Below are positions 37,372-46,972 of a stretch of DNA of 64,000 nucleotides, piece after piece (positions within the stretch are counted from its first letter, which is position 1; each line of letters opens with the position of its first letter). The stretch lies in NCBI GenBank assembly GCA_963822845.1, contig CAWGIY010000007.1, positions 47,657 to 111,656 of the forward strand, written 5' to 3'. The position numbers and the translations under genes are program-made. The notes below the pieces were generated by a model. The model was not told where the DNA came from. It was given only the letters and a program-made list of their open reading frames with translations, and ran no database searches. The stretch comes from an uncultured Chloroflexia bacterium. GTDB lineage: Bacteria; Chloroflexota; Limnocylindria; QHBO01.

Positions 37372-37685
37372 CGCTTCCGGCGGCGCTTCGGGCGCTCCCG
37401 GGGGACGTTCCCGCCGGCGTCACGGGTGCATCGGACTACCTGCGCCACGCCGGCGTCGAGCCGATGGCCTGGAGCAACGGGCCGGGCGACCGGTACCCGT
37501 CGCACGATCACCCGTACACGAAGCTGCTCGTGTGCGCTGAGGGATCGATCACCTTCCTGGTCGGCATCGACGAAGTGCCGGTCGAGCTCGAGCCGGGCCA
37601 GGGCTTCGAGCTGCCGCCGCACACCCCGCACGCGGCCGTCGTCGGACCCGCAGGCTGCACCTGCGTCGAGGGGCACCGCCGCTAG
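37368..37685 (+). CDS. Cupin domain protein
   Basis: YPSHDHPYTK, HTPHAAVVGPAGCTCVE. Confidence 0.8.
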   Translation: MTLPAALRALPGDVPAGVTGASDYLRHAGVEPMAWSNGPGDRYPSHDHPYTKLLVCAEGSITFLVGIDEVPVELEPGQGFELPPHTPHAAVVGPAGCTCVEGHRR

Positions 37686-37975
37686 CCGCGGGTGCGCGAC
37701 GCCGCGGCGCGGGCCTCCACCTCGAACCGGTTGTCGCGGTACCACCGGCCGCCCGCACGCCGAGCCCGCAACGACGCGGCCAGGTAGGCGATCGGATAGC
37801 GCCACCCCATCCGGCTCCACTGGCGAACGTGCTCGAGCTCGTGCTCGAGCTCATCGTCGGTCAGCGCACGCCAGGCGAAGACCGTGTGGCCGAGGGTGAT
37901 CGCCAGCCAGTCGGGCAGCACCAGCCCGCCGAGGCGGCGCAGCCATGGCCAGGTGACGATCCGATGGCGGGTCAA
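37682..37975 (-). CDS. Small HExxH protein (DUF4157/eCIS-core-like)
   Basis: AITLGHTV, HELEHVRQW, NRFEVEA. TTG start overlaps the upstream stop. Confidence 0.75.
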   Translation of the reverse strand: MTRHRIVTWPWLRRLGGLVLPDWLAITLGHTVFAWRALTDDELEHELEHVRQWSRMGWRYPIAYLAASLRARRAGGRWYRDNRFEVEARAAASRTRG

Positions 37976-38886
37976 TGGTGCGGGTCGGGGTGAAGCAGGA
38001 GGTCGGGGCGAGAGCCCCATCGGTCCAGGAAGCGGTAGAAGTTGCGCTTGCTGAGCCGATCGCGTTCTTCCTCCGGCAGCGACGCCCAGCCACGATGCTC
38101 GTGGCGAGCCAGCGGCAGCGCATCGGTCCGCACGGCGGTCCAGCCGGCGTCGCGCACGGCGAACGAGAGGTCGAGGTCGGCGTTGCGGTAGAAGCGGAAG
38201 CGTCGGTCGAAGCCGCCGACGGCACGCAGGGCCTCGCGGCGGATCGCGAGGCAGTAGGCCTCGATCGCGTCGACCGGGCCAGGTGGCGCCTCGTCGAACT
38301 GGCGCGCGTCGCCGCTCGTCACGCCCCACCCGCCGGCGATCCCGACCGCCGGGTCGTCGAAGGCCGCCAGGAGCGGCGTGACGAAGTCGCCGGTCGGCTC
38401 CAGCGAGGTGTCGAGCAGGATCGTCACCTCGCCGTGGGACTGCCGCATCCCCAGCGTCCGCGCGTCGGCCCAGCCGAGGCGGTCGCTGCTGTCGAGGACG
38501 ACCGGTTCGACCGGCAGCGTGACCGATGCGAGCGTCTCGGCGAGGGGCTCCGCGGGCGCATTGGCGACGACCACGAGCTCCCAGCCGGTCGCGGGCGGGT
38601 GCTCGGCGAGGCCGTGGAGGAACCGCAGCAGGTCGTCCGGGTGATCCTCGGCGGCGAGCTGGACCGAGGCGGCGACGGTCGCCGGCTCCTCGATCGGGTC
38701 CGCCTCGGGCTCACGGACGAGGATCGGCCGAGCCGTCGACCGACCGCCGGCGTCCTGCACCTCCCAGCCGAGCGTCGCGATCCGGTCGCGCAGGGCATCG
38801 GCCCGCGCAAAGTCACCTTCCTCGCGCGCCGTGGCACGCTCGCCGAGCAGCCGGCGGACGTCCTCGGGAAGAGCGTCGGAGGGCAT
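37972..38886 (-). CDS. GT2 glycosyltransferase with N-terminal CysRS C-terminal-like domain
   Basis: ERATAREEGDFARADALRDRIATLGWEVQD, then ELVVVAN, LLDTS, VGGFDRRFRFY..DLDLSF. Confidence 0.8.
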   Translation of the reverse strand: MPSDALPEDVRRLLGERATAREEGDFARADALRDRIATLGWEVQDAGGRSTARPILVREPEADPIEEPATVAASVQLAAEDHPDDLLRFLHGLAEHPPATGWELVVVANAPAEPLAETLASVTLPVEPVVLDSSDRLGWADARTLGMRQSHGEVTILLDTSLEPTGDFVTPLLAAFDDPAVGIAGGWGVTSGDARQFDEAPPGPVDAIEAYCLAIRREALRAVGGFDRRFRFYRNADLDLSFAVRDAGWTAVRTDALPLARHEHRGWASLPEEERDRLSKRNFYRFLDRWGSRPDLLLHPDPHH

Positions 38887-38999
38887 GAACGGAAGTACTC
38901 CTGGCGCTGACCTGAACGTACTGGGCGGCCTGAGAGCACCGCAACCTTACTATCCGGTCACGAGCCACACGTACCGCACCAGCGCCCGGAGCGGACGAC

Positions 39000-39224
39000 A
39001 TGGGGCTCAGCGCCCTCGAAAAGGACGAACAGCCAGACATGATGACGAACGAGGTCGGGAAGCTGCTCACGGCGGCCGAAGTCGCCGAGATGCTGCACCT
39101 CCACGTGAACACGGTCAAGCGCCTTGGCGATCGCGGCGAGCTTCCCTTCTTCAGGGTCTGCAAGCGCGGCGATCGGCGATTCCGCTACGACGACGTGATC
39201 GATTTCCTCCACCGGGCCAAGTAG
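39000..39224 (+). CDS. BldC/excisionase-like HTH_17 DNA-binding protein
   Basis: LLTAAEVAEMLHLHVNTVKRL..GELP..GDRRF. Confidence 0.85.
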   Translation: MGLSALEKDEQPDMMTNEVGKLLTAAEVAEMLHLHVNTVKRLGDRGELPFFRVCKRGDRRFRYDDVIDFLHRAK

Positions 39225-39342
39225 CCCGGTCTTTTCATGCCCCCGGCTTCACGCCGGGTGCCGCCCTTGCCAGGGTGCGGTAACGACCGTCGAGGTGCCA
39301 ATCTCTCGGCGGTCGTTTCCATCTCCCGCATAATCCGCCGCG

Positions 39343-40512
39343 ATGGCTGACGACTCGATCCAGCGCCTCGACGAGGCTCGCAGGCTCCTCGACGGCGGTG
39401 ACCCCGACGCGGCGACACGGATCGCCGACGCCCTGACCGGGGATCCGGACCCCGACGTCTCCGGGGAGGCGTGGCTGATCATCGGGACGGCTCGCTACCG
39501 GACCGATGACGAGCCCGGCGCCCTCGACGCCTGGCGCTCCGCGGCCGCGCGAAGTGGTCGCAGCGCGTGGCTCGGCTGGCGCAGCGTGGCCGAGCAGCTC
39601 GTCCGCGACGGTGACCTCGACGGCGCGATCGAGGCCTATCGCGAGGCCGACCGTCGCGCGCCGCCCGCCGAGCGCGGCGCGATCGCCAACCGCATCGCGT
39701 GGCTGCTCAAGGAGACCGGGCACGACTTCGCGGCCCGGCGCCAGTTCAACCGAGCCCGCGGCGCCTACGCCACCCACGTCCCGTTCGTGACGTACACGAT
39801 CATCGCCATCTGCGTCGTCCTCTTCGTCATCGACGCGGTCCTGACGCAGGGCGAGACGCTGAGCGGCGGACTCTTTGCCGGCGGGACGGGCCCGATCGGC
39901 GAGGCGAACCTCATCAATGCCTACCTCGTCGGCGCCGGCGAGTGGTGGCGCATCTTCACCAGCGCCTTCATCCACCTCGGCCCGATCCACCTCGCGTTCA
40001 ACATGTTCGTCCTGTACCAGTACGGCTCGCTCGTCGAGCGCATGTACGGACCGATCGAGTACCTGGTCATCTACCTGCTGTGCGCCGCCGGCGGCAGCAT
40101 CCTCACGATGCTGGTCGATCCCGAGCAGTTCGCGGCCGGCGCGTCGGGCGCGATCTTCGGCCTCGTCGGCCTCCTGTTCGTGGTCTCGCGCCGTCACCAT
40201 GCTGTCCTCGGCCGCGAGGCCCGGATGATGGTCGCCGGCATCGGTGGCTTCGTCGTCTACCTGCTGATCTTCACGTTCCTGGTACCGGGCATCAGCTGGA
40301 CCGGCCACATCGGCGGCCTGCTCGTCGGCGCCGTGCTCGGCTTCTTCCTGCCGCCGACCGGCGTGGCCACCCTGAGCGGGATGTGGCGGACGCCGAGCGG
40401 CGAGAAGCTGCATGCGTCGATGCCGCGCCTCTTGCGCGCGGTGGTCTACGTCGGCGTCGCCGCCGCGCTCGCCGTCGGCTCCTTCGTTGCGGTCGATCGC
40501 CTCTTCGTCTGA
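39343..40512 (+). CDS. Rhomboid intramembrane serine protease with N-terminal TPR-like region
   Basis: WWRIFTSAFIH, HLAFNM, GASGAIFG, GHIGGL. Confidence 0.9.
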   Translation: MADDSIQRLDEARRLLDGGDPDAATRIADALTGDPDPDVSGEAWLIIGTARYRTDDEPGALDAWRSAAARSGRSAWLGWRSVAEQLVRDGDLDGAIEAYREADRRAPPAERGAIANRIAWLLKETGHDFAARRQFNRARGAYATHVPFVTYTIIAICVVLFVIDAVLTQGETLSGGLFAGGTGPIGEANLINAYLVGAGEWWRIFTSAFIHLGPIHLAFNMFVLYQYGSLVERMYGPIEYLVIYLLCAAGGSILTMLVDPEQFAAGASGAIFGLVGLLFVVSRRHHAVLGREARMMVAGIGGFVVYLLIFTFLVPGISWTGHIGGLLVGAVLGFFLPPTGVATLSGMWRTPSGEKLHASMPRLLRAVVYVGVAAALAVGSFVAVDRLFV

Positions 40513-40554
40513 ATCGGCGAGCCGCCCGGCACGACGCGTGCGATCCTGACCGGC

Positions 40555-41322
40555 ATGTGCTTCGATGACGACGCCCGACCACCACTCCCGCCGATTCGCG
40601 GCGGGGCGATCGATGCCCGTGACCTCCGCCTCACGAGCGGCGACGGAACCGAGTTCGCCGCCTACGCGGCTCGTGCCGAGCGGCCGAGCGGCGCGGGCAT
40701 CGTGATCATCCCCGACGTCCGGGGGCTCAGTTCGTACTACGAGGAGCTCACCCTCCGCTTCGCCGAGGCCGGCGTGCATGCCGTGGCCATCGATTTCTAC
40801 GCCCGCAGCGCCGGGGCCGAGAAGCGGGCCAGCGGCTTCGAGTACGAGCCGCACGTCCTCCAGCTGGACGCCGCCTCGGTCGACGCCGACGTTGCCGCTG
40901 CCGTCGACGAGCTGCGCTCGGCCGAGGGCGGCGCACCCGAGCGGCTCTACACGGTCGGCTTCTGCATCGGTGGCAGGATCAGCCTGCTCCAGGCCCGCTC
41001 GGGGCTTGGCCTGAGCGGCGTCATCGGCCTCTATCCCTGGCCCGTCGGCCCGCACCGCAGCGGCCTGCCCGCCCCGGCCGACGAGGCGCCGCGCTTCGGC
41101 TGCCCGGCCCTCGTCATCTACGGCGGGACCGACGCCGGCATCCCGGCGGAGGCACGCGAGGCGTTCGATCGGGCCCTCGACGCGGCCGGCGTCGAGCACC
41201 GCACGATCGTCTACGAAGAGGCGCCGCACTCCTTCTTCGACCGCAAGGCGGACGAGTTCGCCGATGCGTCCGACGGCGCCTGGCGAGAGATGCTCGGCTT
41301 CATGGGAGTCGCCGGCACCTAG
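40555..41322 (+). CDS. Dienelactone hydrolase family protein
   Basis: PDVRGL, GFCIGG, GGTDAGI, APHSFF. Confidence 0.9.
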   Translation: MCFDDDARPPLPPIRGGAIDARDLRLTSGDGTEFAAYAARAERPSGAGIVIIPDVRGLSSYYEELTLRFAEAGVHAVAIDFYARSAGAEKRASGFEYEPHVLQLDAASVDADVAAAVDELRSAEGGAPERLYTVGFCIGGRISLLQARSGLGLSGVIGLYPWPVGPHRSGLPAPADEAPRFGCPALVIYGGTDAGIPAEAREAFDRALDAAGVEHRTIVYEEAPHSFFDRKADEFADASDGAWREMLGFMGVAGT

Positions 41323-42437
41323 CCCTCGACCGGGTAGACCGGGACGCCCGACGCCGGCGCATGGACGACGACGCGCGTCCCGAGCTCGACCGTCGCGCTC
41401 GACGGGGTCGACGCCTCCAGCTCGAGCCCGCTCGGGCCGCGCAGGACGTGGTGCACCTCCGAGCCGTGGAAGACCCGACGGACGACGGTGAGCACGGACT
41501 CGGGTGACGGTGGCGCGGCCAGGGCATCGACCGCCTGCATGACGAGCTGCTCGGGGCGCAGCAGCACCTCGGCGCGCGATCCCTCGGCCATCGCCCCGTC
41601 GCCGGCTCGGAAGCTGCCGGCCACGGTGAGGACCTCGCCGGCTCGCACCTCGCCGACGAGCAGGTTCGCCTCGCCGACGAAGCCGGCCACGAATCGGTTC
41701 GCCGGGCGCAGGTAGAGCTCGTCGGGCGTCGACACCTGCTCGATGCGGCCGGCGCGCATGACCGCCACGCGGTCGCTGATCTCGAGCGCCTCGGCCTGGT
41801 CGTGTGTCACGAGGAGCGCCGTCGCCCCCGCGCGTCGCAGGATCTCGCGGACCTCGACGCGCAGCTCGGAGCGCAGCGTCGCGTCGAGGCTGCTGAACGG
41901 CTCGTCGAGCAGGATCAGGGTCGGATCCGGTGCCAGCGCCCGGGCGAGCGCGACGCGCTGCTGCTGCCCGCCGGAGAGCTCGTGGGGCATCCGGCGCCGC
42001 AGCCCTGACAGGCCGACCAGCGCGACCATCTCGGCGATCCGTTCCTCGCGGTCGCGGCGCGGCAGCCCGAAGCCGATGTTGCCGCCCACGTCGAGGTGCG
42101 GGAAGAGCGCCGACTCCTGGAACACCATTCCGACGCGGCGGTCCTCCGGCGCGAGCCACGTCCGCGGTCCGACGACGACCCGCCCGCCGATCTCGACGCT
42201 GCCCGCGTCGGGGTGCTCGAAGCCGGCCACGAGCCGCAGCAGCGTCGTCTTGCCGCATCCGGACGGCCCGAGCACGGCCAGGAACTCGCCACGGCGCACG
42301 TCGAGGTCGACGGTGTCGACCGCGGTGACCTCGTCGTAGCGCTTCGTGAGGCCCAGCGCGCGGAGCGCGAGCTCGATCGGTTCGGCCATCGCGGGCATTG
42401 TGACCGCCGGCGCGGGTGGCGGGATCGTGGCGGTCAT
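41319..42437 (-). CDS. Fe3+ ABC transporter ATP-binding protein
   Basis: GPSGCGKT, LSGGQQQR, LLDEPF, TOBE-like C-terminus. Confidence 0.9.
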   Translation of the reverse strand: MTATIPPPAPAVTMPAMAEPIELALRALGLTKRYDEVTAVDTVDLDVRRGEFLAVLGPSGCGKTTLLRLVAGFEHPDAGSVEIGGRVVVGPRTWLAPEDRRVGMVFQESALFPHLDVGGNIGFGLPRRDREERIAEMVALVGLSGLRRRMPHELSGGQQQRVALARALAPDPTLILLDEPFSSLDATLRSELRVEVREILRRAGATALLVTHDQAEALEISDRVAVMRAGRIEQVSTPDELYLRPANRFVAGFVGEANLLVGEVRAGEVLTVAGSFRAGDGAMAEGSRAEVLLRPEQLVMQAVDALAAPPSPESVLTVVRRVFHGSEVHHVLRGPSGLELEASTPSSATVELGTRVVVHAPASGVPVYPVEG

Positions 42438-44029
42438 CGGTCCCGTTCGAGGCGCAGGACCAGCCCGAGCGAGATGGCGGCGACCGCGAGCATGAGCAGC
42501 GCAGGTCCCGCGGCCCGCGTGTAGAAGCCCTCGCTGGTGGCGCTCCAGATGCGGATGGCGAGCGTGTCGAACCCGGTCGGCGCGAGCAGGATCGTGATCG
42601 GCAGCTCCTTCATCGCGGTCAGGAAGACGAGCGCGCCGGCCGCGGCGAGGCCGGGTCGCACGATCGGGAGGGTCACCTCGCGGATCACGGCCGACGGGCG
42701 CCGTCCGAGGGTGCGCGCCACCTCCTCCAGGCGCGGGCTCACCGCCAGCAGCGAGCTGCGGGTGATGCCCAGCGCCTCCGGCGCGAAGCGGACGACGTAG
42801 GCGACGAGGAGCAGCGCCATCGTCTGGTAGATGAGCGGCAGGTACCGCGCGGCGACGAACACGAACGCCAGGCCGATGACGATGCCGGGCAGCGCGAAGC
42901 CGGCGAACGTCGCGCGCTCGACGAGGGCGCCAATCCGCCCGCGATGGCGCACCGCCAGCACCGCGACCGGGATGGCCGCCGCCACCGCCAGCACGGCGGC
43001 GAGGCTCGAGGCCACGACCGAGTTCAGCGTCGCGTCGAGCACGACGCGCGCCGTCTCACCGGCCGCGAGCCCACGCACGAGCCAGTAGCCGATCGTCAGC
43101 AGCGGCACGACCAGGGCGAGGCCGACGACCGCCGCGCAGAGTGCCAGTGCGGGCCAGCGCCAGGCGCCGAGTACGACGCGTCGCGGCGTCCGTCGGACGC
43201 CCTCGGTCCTGTAATAGGCGGCGCGCCCGCGCAGGCGGGACTCGGCCAGCAGGATCGCTCCGGTGCACGCGACGAGCAGCAGCGCGAGCACGGCGGCGAG
43301 GGTGGGGTCGAAGCTGGCGCGGTACTGGATGTAGATCGCTCGCGTGAGCGAGTCGAACTGCATGAGGCTGACGGCGCCGAAGTCGGAGAGGGTGTAGAGC
43401 GCCACGAGCAGCGCTCCCGCGACGAGGGCGGGGCGGAGCTGTGGCAGCGTCACGGCCATGAACGTGGCCCACGGCCCGCGGCCGAGCGAGCGGCTGACGT
43501 CCTCGTAGGCGGCATCGAGGCGCAGCAGCGCGCCGCGCGCGCCCAGGACGACGTACGGGAAGCTGAACAGCGTCAGGGTCAGGGCGGCGCCCGGGAAGCC
43601 GTACAGCTCCGGGAGCCGCTCCACCCCGAACGGCTCCAGCAGCGACTGCAGGGCCCCCCTCGGGCCGAAGGCCGCGATCATCGCGAACGCGCCGACGTAG
43701 CTCGGCACCACCAGCGGCAGGGCCGTCAGAATCGTCCATGCTCGGCGGCCGGGAAGATCGGTGCGGGTCGTCAGCCAGGCGATCGGGAGGCCGATGAGCA
43801 CCGAGGCCACGGTCACCACCACGGCCAGCCCGAGCGTGCGGGCCAGGACGGCGAGCGTGCGATCCCTGAACAGCAGCTCGAGCGCCGGATCACCACCGGA
43901 GGTGGCGACCACGACGAGGTACACGACCGGCACCATGCCCACACCGGCGACGAGCGCCCCCGCGCCCACCAGCCATGCCGGCGGAGCCGGGGCGCGAGGA
44001 CGCCGTCGGGTGGGAGCCTCGGTCGACAT
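42434..44029 (-). CDS. Fe3+ ABC transporter permease (FbpB-like)
   Basis: Two EAA loops, LSDFGAVSL, KELPITILLAP. Confidence 0.9.
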   Translation of the reverse strand: MSTEAPTRRRPRAPAPPAWLVGAGALVAGVGMVPVVYLVVVATSGGDPALELLFRDRTLAVLARTLGLAVVVTVASVLIGLPIAWLTTRTDLPGRRAWTILTALPLVVPSYVGAFAMIAAFGPRGALQSLLEPFGVERLPELYGFPGAALTLTLFSFPYVVLGARGALLRLDAAYEDVSRSLGRGPWATFMAVTLPQLRPALVAGALLVALYTLSDFGAVSLMQFDSLTRAIYIQYRASFDPTLAAVLALLLVACTGAILLAESRLRGRAAYYRTEGVRRTPRRVVLGAWRWPALALCAAVVGLALVVPLLTIGYWLVRGLAAGETARVVLDATLNSVVASSLAAVLAVAAAIPVAVLAVRHRGRIGALVERATFAGFALPGIVIGLAFVFVAARYLPLIYQTMALLLVAYVVRFAPEALGITRSSLLAVSPRLEEVARTLGRRPSAVIREVTLPIVRPGLAAAGALVFLTAMKELPITILLAPTGFDTLAIRIWSATSEGFYTRAAGPALLMLAVAAISLGLVLRLERDR

Positions 44030-44041
44030 CGGCGCGAAAGG

Positions 44042-45064
44042 CTACAGGGCGCCGACCTCCCCGAGCAGCTCGAGGGTGCCCTCGAGGTCCGACAGCTCCG
44101 AGAGGTCGAGGTCAGGCGTGCCGATCTCGCTCAGCGTCGGAAGCGCCGGATCGGTGGCGACGCCCTCGATCAGGGGGTACTCGTAGGTCCCGGTGGCGAA
44201 GAACGACTGCGCCTCCTCGGACAGGAGGTAGTCGAGGAACACCGCCGCCGCGGCCGGATTCGCCGCCGTGCTGAGGATGCCGGCGCCGGCCACGTTCACC
44301 AGGGCGCCGGGGTCGCCATCGGTCAGGAAGTGGTTCGCGGCCGCCGTGTCGGGATCCTCGGCCAGTCGCTGGTGGAGGTAGTAGTGGTTGATGAAGGCCA
44401 CGTCGATCTCGCCGGCGGCCACGCCCTCGAGCGCCGCCCCGTTGCTGTCGTAGACCATCGGGTCGTTGGCCTGGATGCCCTCCAGCCACTCGCGCGCGGC
44501 ATCCTCGCCCTCCAGGACGCGGAGGGCGGTGACGAAGGCCTGGAAGGAGCCGTTGGTGGGCGCCCAGCCGATGCGGCCGCTCCACTCCGGATCGGTGAAG
44601 TCACCGATCGAGTCCGGCAGATCCTCGGCGCTGAGGGCCTCGGTGTTGTAGGCAACCACGCGAGCGCGGCCACTGACGCCGACCCATTCTCCGGACTGTG
44701 AGCGGAATCGCTCGTCGACTCGCCCGAGCAGGTCCTCGTCGAGCGCGGCCAGGAGGCCGTCCTCGGCGACGGCGCCGAGGGCGCCCGCGTCCTGCGTGAA
44801 GAGCACGTCGGCCGGCGAGTTCTCACCTTCGGTGAGGATGAGGTTCGCCATCTCTGCCGAGTCGCCGTAGCGGGCCTCGACCTCGATGCCGGTGGCCTCG
44901 GTGAACTGCTCGAACAGCGGGGCGACGAGCTCCTCGCTGCGACCGGAATAGACGACGATCGTCTCTCCGGTGGTAGTCGGTGACGAGGTCGCGGGCGTCG
45001 AGCAGGCAGCGGCGACGGCGGCGACCACCGCCAGGGGCATGAGTCGGCGCAACGGTGCAGTCAA
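44042..45064 (-). CDS. Fe3+ ABC transporter substrate-binding lipoprotein (FbpA/FutA-like)
   Basis: Lipobox AAAC, VYSGRSE, SPADV, NHYY iron-binding Tyr pair. Confidence 0.9.
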   Translation of the reverse strand: MTAPLRRLMPLAVVAAVAAACSTPATSSPTTTGETIVVYSGRSEELVAPLFEQFTEATGIEVEARYGDSAEMANLILTEGENSPADVLFTQDAGALGAVAEDGLLAALDEDLLGRVDERFRSQSGEWVGVSGRARVVAYNTEALSAEDLPDSIGDFTDPEWSGRIGWAPTNGSFQAFVTALRVLEGEDAAREWLEGIQANDPMVYDSNGAALEGVAAGEIDVAFINHYYLHQRLAEDPDTAAANHFLTDGDPGALVNVAGAGILSTAANPAAAAVFLDYLLSEEAQSFFATGTYEYPLIEGVATDPALPTLSEIGTPDLDLSELSDLEGTLELLGEVGAL

Positions 45065-45127
45065 GCGAGGTTCTCCCGTGTCGAATCAATTCTCAGGGCG
45101 GACCGCTCCGGCGGCCTGCCGTTCACG

Positions 45128-45146
45128 GGAGGTAAGGCTAGCCTTA
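45128..45146. promoter_or_regulatory. DtxR/IdeR-type iron box
   Basis: GGAGGTAAGGCTAGCCTTA matches TWAGGTWAGSCTWACCTWA at 16 of 19 positions, upstream of the iron operon. Confidence 0.75.
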
Positions 45147-45191
45147 CGACTTTCCTTCGTCAAACCGAATCACCGACGACCCGGTCGGGAT

Positions 45192-45452
45192 TCAGCCGTC
45201 GGGGTGCGCGCCGCCCTCGCCGAGGTCCTCGGCGGTAAGGACCGCATCGGCCCAGTGGTCGTGCATCCAGTCGAGGTGCTCCCAGCGGGAGTCGACGATC
45301 CGCATCGTGTCCCAGGCGGGCATCTCCTGCTGCTCGATGATCGTCATCTTGGCCGGGTCGACCTCGTAGACATGGTCGAAGCGCTGGATCACGTCATCGG
45401 TGATGCGCCTGGCCTCGGGTGGGCGCTGGGCGCCGAGCCGGAAGCCGATCAT
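45192..45452 (-). CDS. Hypothetical protein (86 aa), translationally coupled to the FAD oxidase
   Basis: ATGA overlap, FDHVYEVDP..WEHLDWMHDHWAD. Confidence 0.75.
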   Translation of the reverse strand: MIGFRLGAQRPPEARRITDDVIQRFDHVYEVDPAKMTIIEQQEMPAWDTMRIVDSRWEHLDWMHDHWADAVLTAEDLGEGGAHPDG

Positions 45453-46972
45453 CGGAACGGGCTCTCGTCGATGCCGTACGCGCGGTCGAGCTCGTACTTG
45501 CCCGGGTTCATGATGTTGTTCGGGTCGAGCGCGGCCTTGATCTTCATCATCACGTCGAATCCGCCGCCCATCTCGACCGGCACGAGCTCCGCGTCGCCCT
45601 CGCGGGTCGCGCCGTGGCAGGCGGTGATCGAGCCGCCGTGGTCGAGCGCGACCTGTGCGATCTCGCGCTTGCACTGCACCCAGGCCGGCCAGTTCTCCTC
45701 CGAGAGCTTCTGCTCCCAGATGCCGATGTCGATCTCGGTCAGGTAGTCGCCCCACGGCTTGTAGGCTCCGTTCGTGTAGGCGAACATTCCCCAGTCGTCG
45801 AGGATTCCTGTCTGCTCGGCGTAGCGGGCGGCGATGGCGTGCCACTTCTCCATCACGGCCGGCAGCTGGCTGTAGTTGATCGAGGCGTCCTCGCAGTGCC
45901 AGCTCATCGGCACGACCTCCCCGGTCGCAAGCCGCCCATGGAGCGGCGTGGCGTAGCGGTCGTGACGCGAGGCCCAGTCGCCCGAGCTGATCTCGTCACC
46001 GAGGTAGGTGCCGCCCGACTCGCGACCGATGCGCATGAGGCGCCGGGCCGCCGGCTCGACCTCGTCGCGGGTCCCGTACATCGCCGTCGCGACGACCGCC
46101 TTCACGTGGTCCGGGCGCGGGATGTAGGCCTCGTCGTCGCGGCGCAGGTAGCGCAGCTTCCACTCGTCGAAGAGGACGACGCCCGCAAGGGTGGCGAGCC
46201 CCGAGGTCGCCAGCGCGCCGGTCGACTCCCACGCGGCGGTGTAGGACGGGTAGTGGAAGAAGGCCGCGAACTCGACCTCCGGCCGCGGGACGAGCTCGAG
46301 CGTCGCCTCGGTCACGATCCCGAGCGTGCCCTGGTGTCCCATGAACAGGTGCTTGAGCTGGTATCCAGTGGAGGACTTGCGGATCTTCCGACCACCGCCG
46401 TCGCCGACCTCGATGATCTCGCCGGTCGGCAGCACGATCTGGAAGCTGATGACGAGGTCGCGGGTGTGGCCGTATCGGCCTCCGATGAGCGACCAGCCGC
46501 TGGTGCCGATGCGTCCGCCGACGAGCGAGCACGGATACGACGCCGGGTCGTCGGGGAACATCACGCCATGCTTCCGCAGCTCCTCGTTGAGCTTGAGCAT
46601 GTTGATGCCGGGGCCGACGGTCACAGTGCGATCGACGAGATCGATCTCGTGGATCTGGTTCATGCGCTTGACGTCGACGACGATGCCGCGCTTCAGCGGC
46701 AGCGCGCCGTCGTTGAGCCCGGTGCCGCCGGCGCGCGGCACGAGCGGGATTCGCTCCCGGTTGGCGAGCTTGACGACCGCGCTCACCTGCTCGGCCGTTC
46801 GCGGCAGGACGACGAGGTCGGGGACGTATTCGGCCCAGCGGTGGACCGGGAACGGGGCCGGGACGCGGGTGCGGTTGAAGCGGGCGGCGCGGCCGGTCAG
46901 CACGCCCTCGTCGCCGAGGATGGCGCGCAGCTCGTCGACGACGCCGTCGCGGATCTCGACGAGGGTGGTCAC
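45449..46972 (-). CDS. FAD-linked oxidase (GlcD / D-lactate dehydrogenase family)
   Basis: PRAGGTGL, DPAS, GHQGTLGIV, GGSITACHG, DPNNIMNPGK. GTG start overlaps the upstream stop. Confidence 0.88.
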   Translation of the reverse strand: MTTLVEIRDGVVDELRAILGDEGVLTGRAARFNRTRVPAPFPVHRWAEYVPDLVVLPRTAEQVSAVVKLANRERIPLVPRAGGTGLNDGALPLKRGIVVDVKRMNQIHEIDLVDRTVTVGPGINMLKLNEELRKHGVMFPDDPASYPCSLVGGRIGTSGWSLIGGRYGHTRDLVISFQIVLPTGEIIEVGDGGGRKIRKSSTGYQLKHLFMGHQGTLGIVTEATLELVPRPEVEFAAFFHYPSYTAAWESTGALATSGLATLAGVVLFDEWKLRYLRRDDEAYIPRPDHVKAVVATAMYGTRDEVEPAARRLMRIGRESGGTYLGDEISSGDWASRHDRYATPLHGRLATGEVVPMSWHCEDASINYSQLPAVMEKWHAIAARYAEQTGILDDWGMFAYTNGAYKPWGDYLTEIDIGIWEQKLSEENWPAWVQCKREIAQVALDHGGSITACHGATREGDAELVPVEMGGGFDVMMKIKAALDPNNIMNPGKYELDRAYGIDESPFR

